A stretch of DNA of 63,999 nt, the filler included, from Basidioascus undulatus (Eukaryota): the NCBI GenBank assembly GCA_000826855.1. It is 14 parts of 14 records of this genome, joined end to end, with 100 filler letters (N's around TTAATTAATTAA, not from the genome) between each part and the next. Parts side by side here need not be neighbours in the genome. Positions count along the whole stretch, not along the records: positions 25,087 to 48,915 come from JTLS01000255.1; 13 more parts are not named here. One strand, written 5' to 3'. Under the pieces are notes generated by a model. The model searched no databases, was not told the origin of the DNA, and saw only the letters and a program-made list of their open reading frames with translations. Positions 25,681 to 39,783 of this stretch are shown piece by piece. A program made the position numbers and the translations under genes. Position 1 is the stretch's first letter. Every line of letters starts with the position of its first letter.

Positions 25681-26037
25681 GGTTGTGAGGAAGTGTGGGG
25701 ACTGCGTTGCGTTCTGATGTGTGGGTTGAGGGCGGGGATGAAGCGTGTGACTGTGATCTTGTATTATGTTCCGAACTGCATGGACACTGAGATGCCATAG
25801 CTATGTTTGAGGGACAGTACGATATGATAGCTAATGTTTTTCGGCGTGCATTTGCACGACGCGTTGGACGAAGCCGACAGCGGGCAACCAAATAAACGTG
25901 CCTGACCTTCCATCACCAGCATTCATACGCGTGTCGCGGCTCTCGACCTCTTCATTGCTTACCTTCATTAGCCATCTGGAGCAAATATCTCATAGCTCCC
26001 TTGAATCACTCGATTTACCAACAACCACACCTTAACA

Positions 26038-27573
26038 ATGCCCGAACCTCGCAACGTCAACGTGGACGAGGCAGGCCTCGAAGCGTGCGCCGTCTCGCAA
26101 ACGCCCACACGTTCGGAGGTCACTGACCCCTTCCAACTGCGTATCCCAGTTTCAAAAGCAGAATGGCGCAGTACAATTACGGCAAGAAAGATATAAAGTG
26201 GGCGTTGGACAAGTAAGTATATTATCTCTCCACACTTGCTGTAAGGCTGGGCCCGGCTGCAGGGGAAGCTGATCGGGGAGGGCGGGACGTGTAGAACCGA
26301 AGAAGAGCGCGGCCTGAACGGGGTAGACTGGGAGAGGAGTCACATTGGCCAGTGAATAGGTTTCTTGAGGCTTGGAGAGTGGCGGCTTGATTCTCATGAT
26401 GATGGGGTGCGGGTAGCATCGTCTACCTGGGCGACTACGGTGCAGCGTGCGTGCTTTCCTCACACTTTGAAGTGATCATTACACTGACTAATTTCCTCAC
26501 CGACATAGCGATAACTACAGATCGGCACGCCGTTCCGCACGCCTACCCCGTTCCGCACGCCCACGCCGACGCCCCAGCAGCACATGGCCCCCTTATCCAA
26601 CTGAGCATACCACCAGAGGTGCTATATCCTTATTCATTCCTGAGCCTTTTACTATTGAGACTTAACCACCCTTCTTTCGGAGCTTCCTGAGGCGCACCGC
26701 GAGTGGCCCCTACGGGATCTATGCCCTGGACGAGGTCAAGGCTTTCCTGCACAGGTTAGTTGAAGAATGAGCCAGTTGACTGCAATATTTAACAAGAATT
26801 GACCTCTGTTTGTGATCCAGACTGCAAGCAGAAGAACGGCTCGAAGACATTGACTGGGAGAAACCCGAGTTACACAGGTGAGCATTTCACAGCGTTACGA
26901 GCATCTTTCAAAGCCCGTTCCTGACTCCTTGTGATTGCAGGCCGGTTTTCAAGCGCTCAGGCTTTACACCCTCCGCGTGGGTCTCTCTCAAGACGGCAAG
27001 AAGGAACTGCATCTGACACCTTCCCTGCTAATCGCATAGCAGCCCTCAGCCGTCTCAACGCGGCATGATGCATTTTGAGCCCAGCGTTCAGCCCCCGGGC
27101 AGTCGGTCCTCCTCCCACTTGTATGTATAGGTTTCTTGCTGTTTACATTTAACACGACGGCCAAGCTAACCTGTTTCAATCACCTGCAGTTCCCACAACC
27201 GCGCTCTGTCTTCCCAACCGCGTCCCGCGTTCGAGCGAAACCACCCCTGCAGCCAAGCGGGCTCGCGTCCGCAGCCCTTCTCCCCCTCATCTCGCGGCAA
27301 CCATGCCTCCTCCTCCTCCTTCCTCGCTGCACCAAACCCCCCTCCCGGGCCCATGCCAGCCATCCTCAATGGCCGCCGCTCAGGCGGATGCGCGTTCGCC
27401 GGGAGGTCGTCAAGGGGCTTGAGGAGGCCTGGGAGGACCAGCTGCTGGGTTGGGGAGGAAGAGGAGGGAGGTGAAGCTGAGGGTGAAGGTCGCGTTTGAT
27501 TGCGAGTTCGAGTTCAAGGGGCTTGAATTGGTGGAGAAGAAGACAGCGAATTGGCTGTCGCGGAAGGCTAGGT
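26038..27573 (+). CDS. Hypothetical multi-exon protein (no family recognised; 3' end uncertain)
   Basis: ATG in ACAATG context followed by a series of short GT-AG-bounded exons (e.g. FKSRMAQYNYGKKDIKWALD, GIYALDEVKAFLHR, LQAEERLEDIDWEKPELH). Confidence 0.3.
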
Positions 27574-29244
27574 GAAGCGGGGGGTGTTGAGCTATGTGAG
27601 TCTCTTTGTTTGTTGCTTTGTGCTTCAGCCTGCTGGGACTTACCAGGAGGATGCTGGTCATGCAGTGCGGGGTCAGTCGGAGAAGATGTTGAAAGTTTAC
27701 GAGGCTGTGTCGGAGGTGCGTAGGATGGTACTCCGATTGAAAACTCAGTCCAGACTGACTTTGCATTCTGTAGGGCCCTGATCTGACTGCAGTACGACCG
27801 CTCGAGACGTCCCAGAGCGCCTTTGAACACGTGTTCAAAAGGTACCAGACGTCGGCGCCGTCCGTCCATGGTGGTTCGAGACCGCAGCCCAGCTGAAGAG
27901 CATCCTCAGCGATCTGGCAGTGCGTTTTCGTTTTAATTGCTGGATTGTGTGCAGTGCCCTTACGTGTTGCTATTGTGGAACGAACAGGCTCAGCACCTCA
28001 TCTTCGACTCCGCGAGCTAGGGCCCCAAGCTTGCAACAAAAGTGCTCAACCTCCTTGCTATTCTTGCACTGGCAAATGTACGTCTGATCTCCCCTATCTA
28101 TTCTCCTCAACTCGTATTTCCCCTTCCCCATCCCTATTCTTCATCCCCAGGACGACCTGGGCACGTTTGACGACTGCGATGCACTTGGATACATGCTCTT
28201 CTCCCTGCAATTCACAGCGTATCGCCGGCTCCTCGCCATCTGCCGTCGAGACCACGGCAAGGTCAAGGCGGTTTGCGCAGTCCTAAAGGCAAGCCGAGAA
28301 GGTCAACGTGCACGTCCAGTTCGCGTTCGAGCTGTCCAAAGCTGCCGACGGAAACTGGTGGAGGTTATTCAAGCTGCACCGCAGCACAAGTGCCTGCAAA
28401 GCAATGTGCAGATAGGTGTGTATATTTCAGTCTCACTTGTTCTCCATGATTCCTTATTGCAATTCTTCCCACCTGCAGGAACTTAGGAGAGCACTTCCGG
28501 CGGGCGGAGATCAACAAGGTGTTTGAGTCGCCATGCGCGTCATGCGTCTCCTCCTTACTCTTCGACCGCTGAAAGGAATGGCCAACACCAAAACTTCCAG
28601 GCATCGTATGATTTCTCTTAAGGAACTGCGGCGCTTCCTGGGCAGCGAGCTCGGCGATGCGCATGCGGTGGAGCATATGTCGACACGATGGTGCAGCCGT
28701 ATATGGTCTCCATGGGACCCGATGACCAGCGGCGGCTTTGGGGCCCAGGGCCGACGGGGAGATGCGTCTGGACCGCTACGAACTACAGAAAAAGCGGAAG
28801 GTCCAGGGCGGGTAGTTTTTCGGTGTTCTTGTGTTCGATGAATCCTGTGTGTGCTTTTTTCATGTTTAGCCATCCAACCGGTTCTAATTGCGCGCTCGCA
28901 GCTTGCGCAATTGAGCGAAGATGTTCTCGAGACGACTACACGATCGTGCAACTGATAGGTTCTCAACCGAAAATATCTGTTGTAGCAGCAGCAAACAAGA
29001 GCTGTGGCTGGCCAACGCAGCGAAGCAGTCTCAACAGGCAGCAGCGTGTCTTCGTCGCAGCGCTCTGCCGCTGTCCGCGTCGACCCCTGCACTCAATCCG
29101 AACCCAGTCAAGAAAGCAGAATTCAGAGTAGAATGACCGTGCCGAGCTCCCGCTCATCCATCTAACGATCTAACCATGTCCATGCCTTCAATCTATGAAC
29201 GCGTCATGTTCCTCTCCGTCCGACAATCACCCTGCCAACTCGCA

Positions 29245-30474
29245 TCAACGCCTCCCAATCAAGTCCAGCGCTGCCTCATACACCCCCAAGAACACCGCTC
29301 CGCCTGCCGAGATCCACGCCACGCGGGGTGCGACGCCCGCGAAAAGCGCGCGCGAGCCCTCGTTTGCCCACACGTCCCGGAAGACCTTGCCTACCGACAC
29401 GGGCTGGAGGAATTCAAGCGGGTGTAAGAACGCTGTCGACGAAGGAACGTAAGAGCATGACGCACAGTCGGAGACAGCATGACCCGAGTCTTGATCACGT
29501 CCAACGGAGTCGTCGCTGCGGCCGCAACCCCGCCCGCGAGCATCCCACACGCTGCGCCTTCCCACGGTCGCGCGCGTGCGCGGCCGGCGGACGCAGAAAC
29601 GCGCGCCTTGAGGAACTCGTAGAGGGGGAACTGTATTGAGGTGAAGGGAATCTGCGGAATCCTCCCCCAAACGCCGTTCAGCATTCTCAAGCGCCGCAGC
29701 CCTCGCAGTGAGAAAGCGACGACGCACCTCCCTGAACACCGTGATCCCGAACCCGCGGTAGAATCCTCTCAGCCCCTCCTGGGCGAGCACGATCCGCGCC
29801 GCGCGCAGGGAAGACGTCCCCGCCCCGTACGCCTGCGTCTGCTGGCGGGACTTCACTACCTCCGTCGGGACGCGGATGAGGCACGCGGCAGTCTCGCCGC
29901 CGGAGGCGGAGAGCATGTGGACGATAGATGGGGAAAGCGAGGGGGAGAGAGTGGAGAAAGCGGACTTGAGAGACTCGTAGGTCGAGAAGAAGATGGCCGC
30001 TGTGGGAGGGGGAGAGTCAGTGGACCATCACGACATCAACTTCGACCTAGTGCACCAGGAGTGAGCCTCTTGCTTAGTAAGCTTGCAAAGGCCCACACAA
30101 AGTAGTCCCTCATGTTTATCTCACCAGGAGGTAGCCCTTCCATGCCCTAGTCCATGCTCTCACGCGACCTCCTTCGCTCCGTTACGACGCGACTCACCTC
30201 CCGGTGCCCCGCCCAGCGCGACGCTCCCGACGCCCCTGTAGATTCCCTTGAACCCCCCAGACGCCCAAAACCCCTGCGCGCTCTGCAGGCGCGTTTTGAT
30301 CGTGTCGACGGGGAAAAAGACCAAGTCCACGGTCACGCCTGCGAGGGCGCCTGCCTTGCGGCCGGGCGATGAGCCGAGGTCAGCGGGCGGTGCCCAGCGC
30401 CTGGAGTATACTGGCCATACGAAACGCACCGACAGCGCATGGGAGAACGGCGGTGGTGATGGTGCGGCCGCCAT
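29245..30474 (-). CDS. PET8: Mitochondrial S-adenosylmethionine carrier (Pet8/Sam5, SLC25A26)
   Basis: Three carrier repeats FPVDTIKTRLQS, VPTEVVKSRQQ and TPLDVIKTRVML, plus GETAACLIRVP, REIPFTSIQFPLYE and PRVAWISAGGAVFLGVYE. Confidence 0.93.
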
Positions 30475-30953
30475 AAGGGAGTCTGGAAGAAGAAGGCGGC
30501 GGAGTGGATGAAGGGTGGAAGAGAGAAGACGCGCCTCGGGCCGAAGCTCGAGAGTGCACAGTCAGTCGACTCTGCTCGCAGCTTTGGGGGCCGAATCTCC
30601 CTCACAACCATCCTATGGCTCCATTTGAAAGATGTATACATGTTTTAAAAAAGGCCAGAACTGGTCATCAAAAGTATCATGCCTCGTTTCAGAACCAGGC
30701 TGCCCTCAGGTTTGGGCCAGGCGGCATCGCTGCCGTCCGTTCCTCGCGTAGTTTCTAACTGACAAGGCGCCGGATCTGGATCTTGCAGTTGCTTCGCGAA
30801 CAGACAACACCGAATCCAGACAGCCGAGCAGACCAGCATGTCACTGCCAAAGCCGAGTTCATGCTCATGACACCGTACACATTCACAGACAGAATAGAGT
30901 CCCTGATTCTCCTTCAAGTCCGAGCTCGTTCAGAGCGCACATTTTGTACCTTC

Positions 30954-33900
30954 TCAAACGGCCTGCTCGCCCTTCTCCTGCTGCGCGGGGGGAAGCTCCT
31001 TGTGCACCGGCTCGGCGCGCTTGCCCCACTTGCGGCCGAAGTACTCGTATCCGCCGCGACGGTGCATAGTCATCTTCCAAAGCTGTCGACCGTTGCATGT
31101 CAGACTTTGGGAGAATGTAAGAAGATTAAAGAGAAGGAGAACCCACCTCGATTGCGCCGACGTAGAGTAGCGCCATCCCGACGACGAGGCCCCACTCCCA
31201 GGCCATGCCCGTGTGGCGGAAGACGATCGTGTTGAATGTGGGGACATAGAGCGTGACCGGGACAATTGCGAGGCCGGCGATAACAGACCAAAAGAGGACC
31301 TGGTAGGTTTCATTAGATTCGAACTTTCAGAGGGAAGGCCGTGAAAGGCAGAAGCGTACCTGGTTGCGCCAGAGGTCGACATACCACGGGTTCTCCGGCG
31401 TGAGGTTGAAGAGCGAGCGCTTGAGCGATTTCATTGCCCAGCAGATGAAAAGGAGGTGCTGAAGTGAAGCGAGAGCAATAAGCTTAGGCGTCGACCTAGT
31501 AAAGTGGCATCGGTCGTACGAAAGTCAACAGCGTGAAGACTGCGGACCTCGCGTTCGTGACGGAGCGCGGACATAAGTCGAGGTTTTCGTTACATCCGTG
31601 GCCGAGGTCTCCGCCACCGGCGCCGTAGACGACAATGACGAAGGTGACGAGACAGGTGATGCCCGAGACGGCGCCGTAGAAGAACGTGTCGCAGATGACG
31701 CTCCAGGTGAAGACTCCCTTGCCAAGGTCGTGCGGGGGACGGGTCATAACATCCGGACCAGCAGGTTCGAGTCCGAGACCGAGAGCTGGGGGAGAAGCGG
31801 TAACCATGTTGACCTGCGGGGATACCTCGGTCAGGAACTGCGTCTCCAGGAGGAAGCACGCGGCGAAAGTCGACTCGCCCACAAGATCGCAAGCGGAGAG
31901 AGCGGGAAAACCGAGCTGCCTTCGCCGTCGATAAAGGCCAGACCTGGGGAGAAATCATGTCAGGTACAGAATACTTTGAAAACGGATTCGCAGCGTCGGC
32001 GTACCCAGCATGAGAAGGATCACCTGTGGAGGACCAAGACGTTAGCTGACTGCGGGCGTGTGCGCGAAGTTGTCCGAGAACGGACCTCAGAAACGTTTCC
32101 AACGATGAGGGCGATGATGAAGCGCTGAATGTTGTCGTAGGTGCGGCGGCCCTCGTTCACAGCGGCGACAATGGACTCGAAGTTGTCGTCTGCGCCGCCG
32201 GCTCTCGTTAGAGTCTCCTCGTTTCTAGTCTTCAAAAATGAAAACTTACCCGTCAATATCAAGTCCGCAGCACCCTTAGCGACGTCCGAACCGCCGAGGC
32301 CCATCGCGACGCCGACGGCAGCACGGCTCAAAGCCGGCGCGTCATTCACGCCGTCACCGGTCATCGCCATGTAGTAGCCGCGGCGCTTGCCGGCCTCGAG
32401 CATGCGGACCTTAGTCTGGGGCGTGCAGCGTGCGACGACGAGAGGAAGGTCGGGGAGAGCGTCGACCTCGGCGTCCGCGAGGGCGTCGAACTGCGCGGCA
32501 GTCATGATGGCGGAGGGCGGGTCGCTGGGCGTGATGATCTCGACCTCGCGCGCGATGGCGGCGGCAGTGGCAGGGTGGTCACCAGTAACTGAAGGATTAA
32601 AGAGAGGACGTCAGATGAGGCCGAGCCAAGCCGAGCAGAAGGCGAAAGGCAGGGAAACGTACGCATGCGAACGCGGATAGAAGCACCCTTGCAGGCGCGC
32701 ACGGCACCAAGCGACTCGAGACGGGGCGGGTCGTACTGTAAAGCAACAAAGGGAAAGTCAGATAAAACATCAAAAGGAAAAAATACTTCGAATAGGCTTA
32801 CGATGCCAGCCAACCCGATAAAAGTCATGCCCTGCTCAACCTCCTCCCGCTTGGCCTGCAACTCGCCCGCCTTGCCGACCGCGCCGTACTCCGCCTCCTC
32901 CCGTCGCTGTGCGAACGCGAGAACACGAAGGCCCTTGGTCGCAAGCGCCTCCATGCTCGTGAAGATATCCGCGCGGGCTGCGTCGTCGAGGGGCTTGACG
33001 AGGTCGCGCTGCTCGCCGCAGACGTACGACGTGCAGCCCTCGAGCACGCGTTCGACCGCGCCCTTCTGGAAGAGGACGAGAGGCATTTCGCCTTCGGGAG
33101 AAGACGAGTCGAAGTAGACAGTCGTCATGCGCTTGACCATGCTGTCGAACGGGAACTCGGCGACGAGTTTGTAGCGGAAAGCGGGAGCATAACGTTCGTC
33201 GGTCGCCCTGCCCGAAGGAGCTTCGTCGTCGTCGATCTGTGCAGCGGCGAGGGTCGGGCGACCGAGCTGCGCCTTGTGCGCGTACACTTGGAGTGCAATC
33301 TGGTGAATAGACCCGAAACAGCCAGAGTTGTCAGACGGCTACTCAGAAAAAGCGGAAGGAAGGGAATAGAGCAAGCGCACCTCAGTCGGGTCCCCACGCG
33401 CTTTGAGCTCGCCGTTGACGTTCTCGATGACCGCGATGTTGCAGAGCGAGGCGGCATGGGTGAAGTCGGTAAGGGTCTCGGTGAATCGTCCGGGAACGAT
33501 CTCCTCGCCGACGTTGGCCTTCTCCTCCTCGGCAGACTGGATGGTCGCGCCGGGTGCGCGGAAGATGCGGCCGGCGACGTCCAGCGCGGAGCCGGGCGTC
33601 TCGACGTTGTAGTATCCGACGCCAGGAAGCCAGAGCTGACGGACGACCATCTTGCCTTGAGTAATGGTGCCGGTCTGATGATAGCTGATCGTGAGCTTTG
33701 GAGGGAAAGGGGCGATGGAGGCCACGGGAACACACCTTGTCTGAGGCGATGTCGGTAACACCGCCAAGCGCTTCGAGAGCGTCGAGCTTGCGGACAATAA
33801 CATGCTTCTCCGCCATACGCTTCGTTCCAAGCGCGAACTGGGCGGAAAAGGGATGTCAGATGGATCCGCAGCAAAAGAGTGATGAGAGAGAACACACAGT

Positions 33901-35650
33901 GATCGTCACTGTCAACAGAGACAAAGTGTTAGTCGGACTTCGGCCACATTAACGGATTCAAATACGCACAAACGGCAACGAGACTCTCAGGGATGACACC
34001 GATTCCGAGTGCGATAGCGTAGAGCACAACCTGGTTCGTAACATCGAACTTGGAGGCCTGGGGGTGACGGGAGAAAAGTCAACCTTTGGGTGACCCGGGC
34101 AAGTCTCTTTAATTGGAGACGCACCGCGAAAACAACGATGGCGAGAAGGATTGCAATGCAAAGAAGAGCTGCGTTTTGTCACGGAACTCAGCTGCATGCA
34201 CAGTGCATTGCCTTGATAATTCTCCACTCACTGTACGCCAGCTGAGCCATCTTGATCTGGAGGGGCGTGCCGCCGCGAAGGCCGAGCCAGTTGAGCGTGC
34301 CGTCCCAGAGATTGTGGAAGGGCGTTTTGTACTCCTTCTTCTTGGCATGCAGGGCGGCCGCGATCTGACCCATCTGCTCAGGGAAAGGCGTCGTCAGTTC
34401 GACTGTCGGTAGAAGACGGGTCGTGGAACACGCATAATTTTAACTTGCCTGAGTGTCCATGCCTGTGGCGGTGACGATACCGCGACCGCGACCCTTCGTG
34501 CAGTTGGTGCTGGCAGTAGGAGAATGTCAGATACGGTCGGGCATCAAAGTCTGAAAGGAGCGAAGCACCTAGCGAAAGCCATGTTGATCCGATCGCCGGC
34601 GCCGAGGCGATTCTTGGAATCGTCAAGGACTTCGAGGACCTTGGCCACGGGCATACTCTCGCCCGTCAATATGGCCTCGTCGATCTCCAGGTTTGTCGCT
34701 GCCACGAGGCGGGCATCGGCGGGAACGGAGGCGCCGGTGTTGATTAGGATAAGATCACCTGCACATCTCAGTGAAGTCAGCATCCGAAACATGTAAGACT
34801 CGGAAGCTTGGAGAAGTAACTGACCCGGAACAACGTCCTTAGACGGGATGGTGAGCGTCTCGCCGGAGCGGATGACAATCGCCGAGGGTGTCGCAAGCGA
34901 GCGAAGCGACTGCATGGTCTTCTCGGCCTTGTATTCCTGCACGAAGCCGACGACAATGTTCGCTGTATATAAGGATCAGCGTCTGCTTTTGAGGAATATG
35001 AAAGCCACACAAATAAGACGCACTGATGATGATAGCGGCGATGACTGAGGGCAGACGTAAATGAGCATTGCTGCACATTCCGGCCAAGGGGGGTGAACAA
35101 CTCACCGCCTGCTTCGATCCAATCCTGAACGCCGAGCGAGAGAGCCTAGGTGTACAAAAAGTTTTAGCCCAATGTGGACTGCGGCATAAAGAGAGTGTGC
35201 CGACCATGGTGGCGACAAGAATAAGGGTGAGCGCGTTGGCCATCTGGCGGATGAGGACCTTGAGCGCCGAGGGGCCGCTCTCAGCCTTGAAGACGTTCTC
35301 GCCAAACTGTTTGTTCCGGTCAGTATCGTTCAGAAAGGAGGGGAAGATAAAGATCTACTCACGGCCTGCAGACGGGCCTTGGCCTCGTCGTGGCTCAGGC
35401 CGCGGCTGTCGCTCGTTTCGAGCAGCGCAGTGAGGTCGTCAACCTCGCGCGCGTGGGGCGGAACGCCGGAGACGATGCCCTCATAGTCGGTGAGGGTAAA
35501 GCTCGACTTGCTGGAAGCAGTCAACGAGGCCGCAGTGGGGCGGCGTATGGGCGGTGGGACGTGAGGGGCGCCATCGCTGGATTTGAGAGAAGAAGATAAG
35601 GGCGATATAGGCGGCTTGGAGGCGGATCCACTATCAGAGGGTTCGACCAT
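30954..35650 (-). CDS. ENA1: P-type IID Na+/K+ efflux ATPase (ENA family)
   Basis: QEYKAEKTMQSLRSL, LTGES, GTPLQIKM, IPESLVAV, IVRKLDALEALGGVTDIASDK/TGTITQGKM, EFPFDSMVKRM, KGAVE, DPPR and MTGDGVNDAPAL. Confidence 0.95.
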
Positions 35651-36922
35651 TCGTCGTAGGGCTGTGTTGACTGTGGCGAGGGGGGTTGAAAATACGGGCG
35701 TCTCCGTGAATGCGGCGGGTGTCTGAGAGAGCGATGCAAGGGAATGCAGTGGAGGTGGGACGAGGGGCGATAACGAGGTGCCCGTCCCTTATGAGACGAG
35801 CGCGCACTGCCTGCCGCGCTGACGCTGATCGCATGGAAGTGCTTGGCAATCGGACTTGATTTTTTCTTTTCTCACTGAGACTTTCGAGGCCTTTACACCG
35901 CTTTCCGGCTACTTTTTGCTCGCCTTTGCCACACGGAATTGACTCATGGATGTTTGTCACCTCTAAGAATGAAAAAGAAACATTCGGAATGGTTGGCGAA
36001 AGCGAGAGAGCACAGCCATGTTGTTGCTGTCGTCTTGCAAGAAATCGCGCACAGCGCTGTCGCTGTGGCGTGTCACGTCAGAGACGCTTGCACAAGACTC
36101 CTGCCGAGAGAGGCTTTCCATCAAGACCTTTCCCTATGGCTGATTGAAGGTCTATATCAGTGGTGTAAGGTGGTCCATGCCGGAAATAATGTCGCAACGG
36201 GATGCATCTAAAAAGCGCAGGCGCGGAGCGCTGTTTGAGCAGTTTCCTCGCTGAGGAGACTTTTCGTAGGCGCTCTCATTGATCCAATTTTCAAAGCTTG
36301 AGTATTCATGTTGGAAAAATGTCTTTGTTATATGACCAGACTATGCCTGAAGTTCAAGAATACCGTCGACAGAGCCCAGCGACTTGCGAGTCCTCCCTCC
36401 TCTGAGTTCTCTCTTCAGCCCTTCATTGAGTGCTTCGTGTCGCTCCGGTCAAAAGCTCGCGGCATGACACTTTCTACTTACAATACTTTGCATCTGAGTA
36501 GTCCAGCATACCAGCCTTCATACATGAATGATTGAAGGCGTTCCCCATCCAGCCGCGAACACTCCCGCGGGTGTCGGCGGCGGATCCAAGCCCGAATACG
36601 TGTCGGCAGTCCAATTATCAGCTGGGCAGCATCCGAAGACGGGGCGGGAAAAGAGGGACAAAGAAATTTCTGTGGTGGGTATTTGAACAACATTTTCTAC
36701 AAGAAGATCATCAAGACATTGTTGATGCGGGCATGTCTCGAGGTTTTGACTTTCAAACAGCGAACAGCGACGACAGATGCTACACTGCAATGCTTAGTTA
36801 GGGCATACTGCTCGTGGATCGGGAGCTATAAAAAAGTCAGAGCATTTCCATTCACCAGCGCAGTTGTAGATATCACATTCAAATCGATCCAATCGACATT
36901 GACGGACACAGCGCCATGCATC

Positions 36923-39783
36923 TCATCTCTTCACAGGAACCTTCGCCAGGGCTGTAACGCCATGTCTTGATAAGAATACTACCCTCAGTCCTTTAGGGAA
37001 AAATGAAGGGCACATACGAGCAGGACCGCGATGCCGGCCGATGTAGAACGACGTGTCCTCAATGCCGTCCTCCTCCATCTGCGTCCAGCCGTCGCCTCCG
37101 TAGGCAAACCGGTTGCGCGGGAAGAGCGAGCCGTACTCCCAATCCTCCCAGCGCGGGTTGCTCAGCATGAATGTCCCGTGGACCATGGAGCCTGACACAA
37201 AAATGTGAGCGTCTGGCCTGCTTGCCAACTTGTCAGAGAAACTCAAAGACGGCTTACCGGGCCACAGAGCGGCTACAGGGCCTTCAGCGGTACCCACTGT
37301 TCCGTACCATCGCGTGAGTAACCAAGAATTGATGTGAGGCATCAGGCTGGAAACTCACTCTTGTACCAGCTACGGCACTTGGTCGAAGAGAACACCGTCT
37401 TCTTGAAGTACTGCAGCCCAGGCGCATGGGTCAGACCCGGACCAGACTTGTTAAAATAAGGAGTCATACTGTTTGGCAGTACTCATCAAAGTCGCGCACA
37501 GCCCCGGAGCTCGGTACCATCCACTTAAGGTGCTCCTTCTGCATCTTCTTGATCGCGTCGATCGCGTACGCCGTGGTGTACTCGAGCAAAACGATCAAGT
37601 TCCCAGAGGCGAGGCCGCTGTTCGGGCCGAAAGTGATGAACCTGCAGGCGAGGTTTTAGAGGGTGTCTGTTTTGAAGATCAATTTTCACTCACCAGTTCG
37701 GAATGTCGTCCACGGCCAGCGACATGTAGCTTGTCGGCTTCGTCGCCCACTTGTCCTGCAGATTTGCGCCGTTACGGCCTGTTACTCGAGCTGTCAGATG
37801 GTTTACGTTCAATGACCAAAAGTAGTGGCAGCCTACCGATAATAGGAACCCGAGGTCGGAATGTGGTATCGAAGCCAGTGGCGCAGACAATCCTGTGCAC
37901 GACGCGGGGCCGATTATCGAGCTGAAAGGGCTGCGACTGAGAATGAGACTGCGCACATATCGTATTCCCGGGTTTGACCATCGACAGTTTTGATGCCGGT
38001 TGGGGTGATACGCTCGATGCCGGTGTAGACGAGGTCGGCCTGCTCGCAGAGTCAGCTTGGGCCATCGCCTCTTGGATTATGAGGGACTGGAAGCATCACA
38101 TTGTCCTCGCACAACGCTTCGAGATATCCGGGACCGGGCGTTACGCGGCGACAACCGACGGGGAAGCTGTGGCACCACAGTATGAGCATTGTTTTGAGTT
38201 CTGGGGGTCAAATACGGGCATGGGCAGAGTACGACTTACTCAGGAATTATCTTCTCCGCGATCCATGGCTTCTTGGTGAGCTTGCCGCGCATTCGCTCGG
38301 TAAAAGCGGCTACCGCAGCCTGCTGGGCTGGGCTACCTTGCGTCCCAAACGGATGCACGGTGTTCCCTTCTCGTTCGATCTGGGATAACCCAAAAAATTA
38401 GGACACCAGTGACGTTAGAATATCATCTTGACTCACAAACCGCCGGTGCTCCCAGTGGGTCTCTGGGTCGTCCCGGAAACGCTTGAGATCCTCCTTCGTA
38501 TATGCATCTAAGCGTATCGCAGACGAGTATCAGCAGACTGTCAGCCCCGAACGGTAGAGAAAGCGACATACAGTTCCCAGCATCAAACGCCCCCTTTTCC
38601 TTCAGGTAGAGCGACGAAAGCGGCGGACTGATCCAAGTCTTCCCGCGGACATAGTTGTCGATGTGGGCCGCCGTCTTCTGCATCGTAGGGACGATCTGCA
38701 GAGCAGAGGAACCCTGTGTCCCCGCCTCATGGGTTCAGACAAAGAATGAAAGATGAAAGCGTGGAGACTGTGTACCGAGCCGATGACCGCAACGCGCTTC
38801 CCCTCCCACTGCAGAGACTCGTTCCAAGACGCGCTGTGCGCGAGCTGGCCCTTGAAGCCGTGCAACCCCTCGATGTCGGGCCACTTCCACTGTTTCGAAA
38901 CAACACATCAGTGCGAGATGACGCCAGAGTCTTAGTGAAGGAGCTCACAGTGTTCAGAGCGCCGGTGCAGCTCAGGACGACATCGACCTCGTCTTGGACG
39001 ACTGCACCGGTGTCGTGCCGCTTCAGGTAGAGCTTCCACTTGCTGCGCTCCTCGTTCCAGTTCGCGCCAGTCCTACAGTCGTTCCCTTAGTACCAAGGAG
39101 GTGGGCATATGGGGGCTTTACGAAAGACTCACATCTCGTGCTGCAGCTTGATGTGCTGATGCAAGTCATAGTCCGAAGCGGTCTTCTCGAGGTAGCCGAG
39201 GATTTCAGATCCGGGTGCATGGTAGGCAGACCATTGTGTCTGTGCCCCACAGAATTGCAGACGTGTGAGCGAATTTTGGTCGCAGTAAAGCAAGGGACGC
39301 AACGCACATGCTCAGTGAAACTTAACAAACATGAAAGGATAGGTGAGCGACAGGTGGGCAGTGATTCCAGCGCAAAATGCCCACGACAGTTGGTAGATCG
39401 CCGCCGCAATGTCGCAAGCCCTGCCCACAAGCACCTTTAGATACGCTGCCACCCTGACCGGAGTGTGACTGGAGCCCTTATGCGTACACTCCAGGGTATT
39501 TGTTCTCCAACCTGTCAATCCAATGGGTATGAGCTTCGATCATTTCGCTGCACCCCCAAGCTCAAGTAAAGCGGACTCACCAAGTCCCGCCCACGCCAGT
39601 GTTCTTCTCGTACACAACGAGCTGGGCGTTTTGAAGATCATTTTTCAACCGAATAGCAGCATTGATTCCGCTGAAGCCGCAGCCGATGACTGCCACCCGC
39701 ATCGGACGAGGGGTATCGATGTGGTGCGTGGCGGGCACGAACGCCTCGCTCGACGCGTGGCTGTTGGTCGGCGGGACCGTCAT
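36923..39783 (-). CDS. Baeyer-Villiger-type FAD/NADPH monooxygenase; appears intact, exact stop uncertain (about 36923-36933)
   Basis: GCGFSG, GGTW/LENKYPGVACD, BVMO fingerprint FKGQLAHSASWN, second GSGSSA, GCRRVTPGPGY and ATGFD. Exons join in frame across GT-AG introns. Confidence 0.92.
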
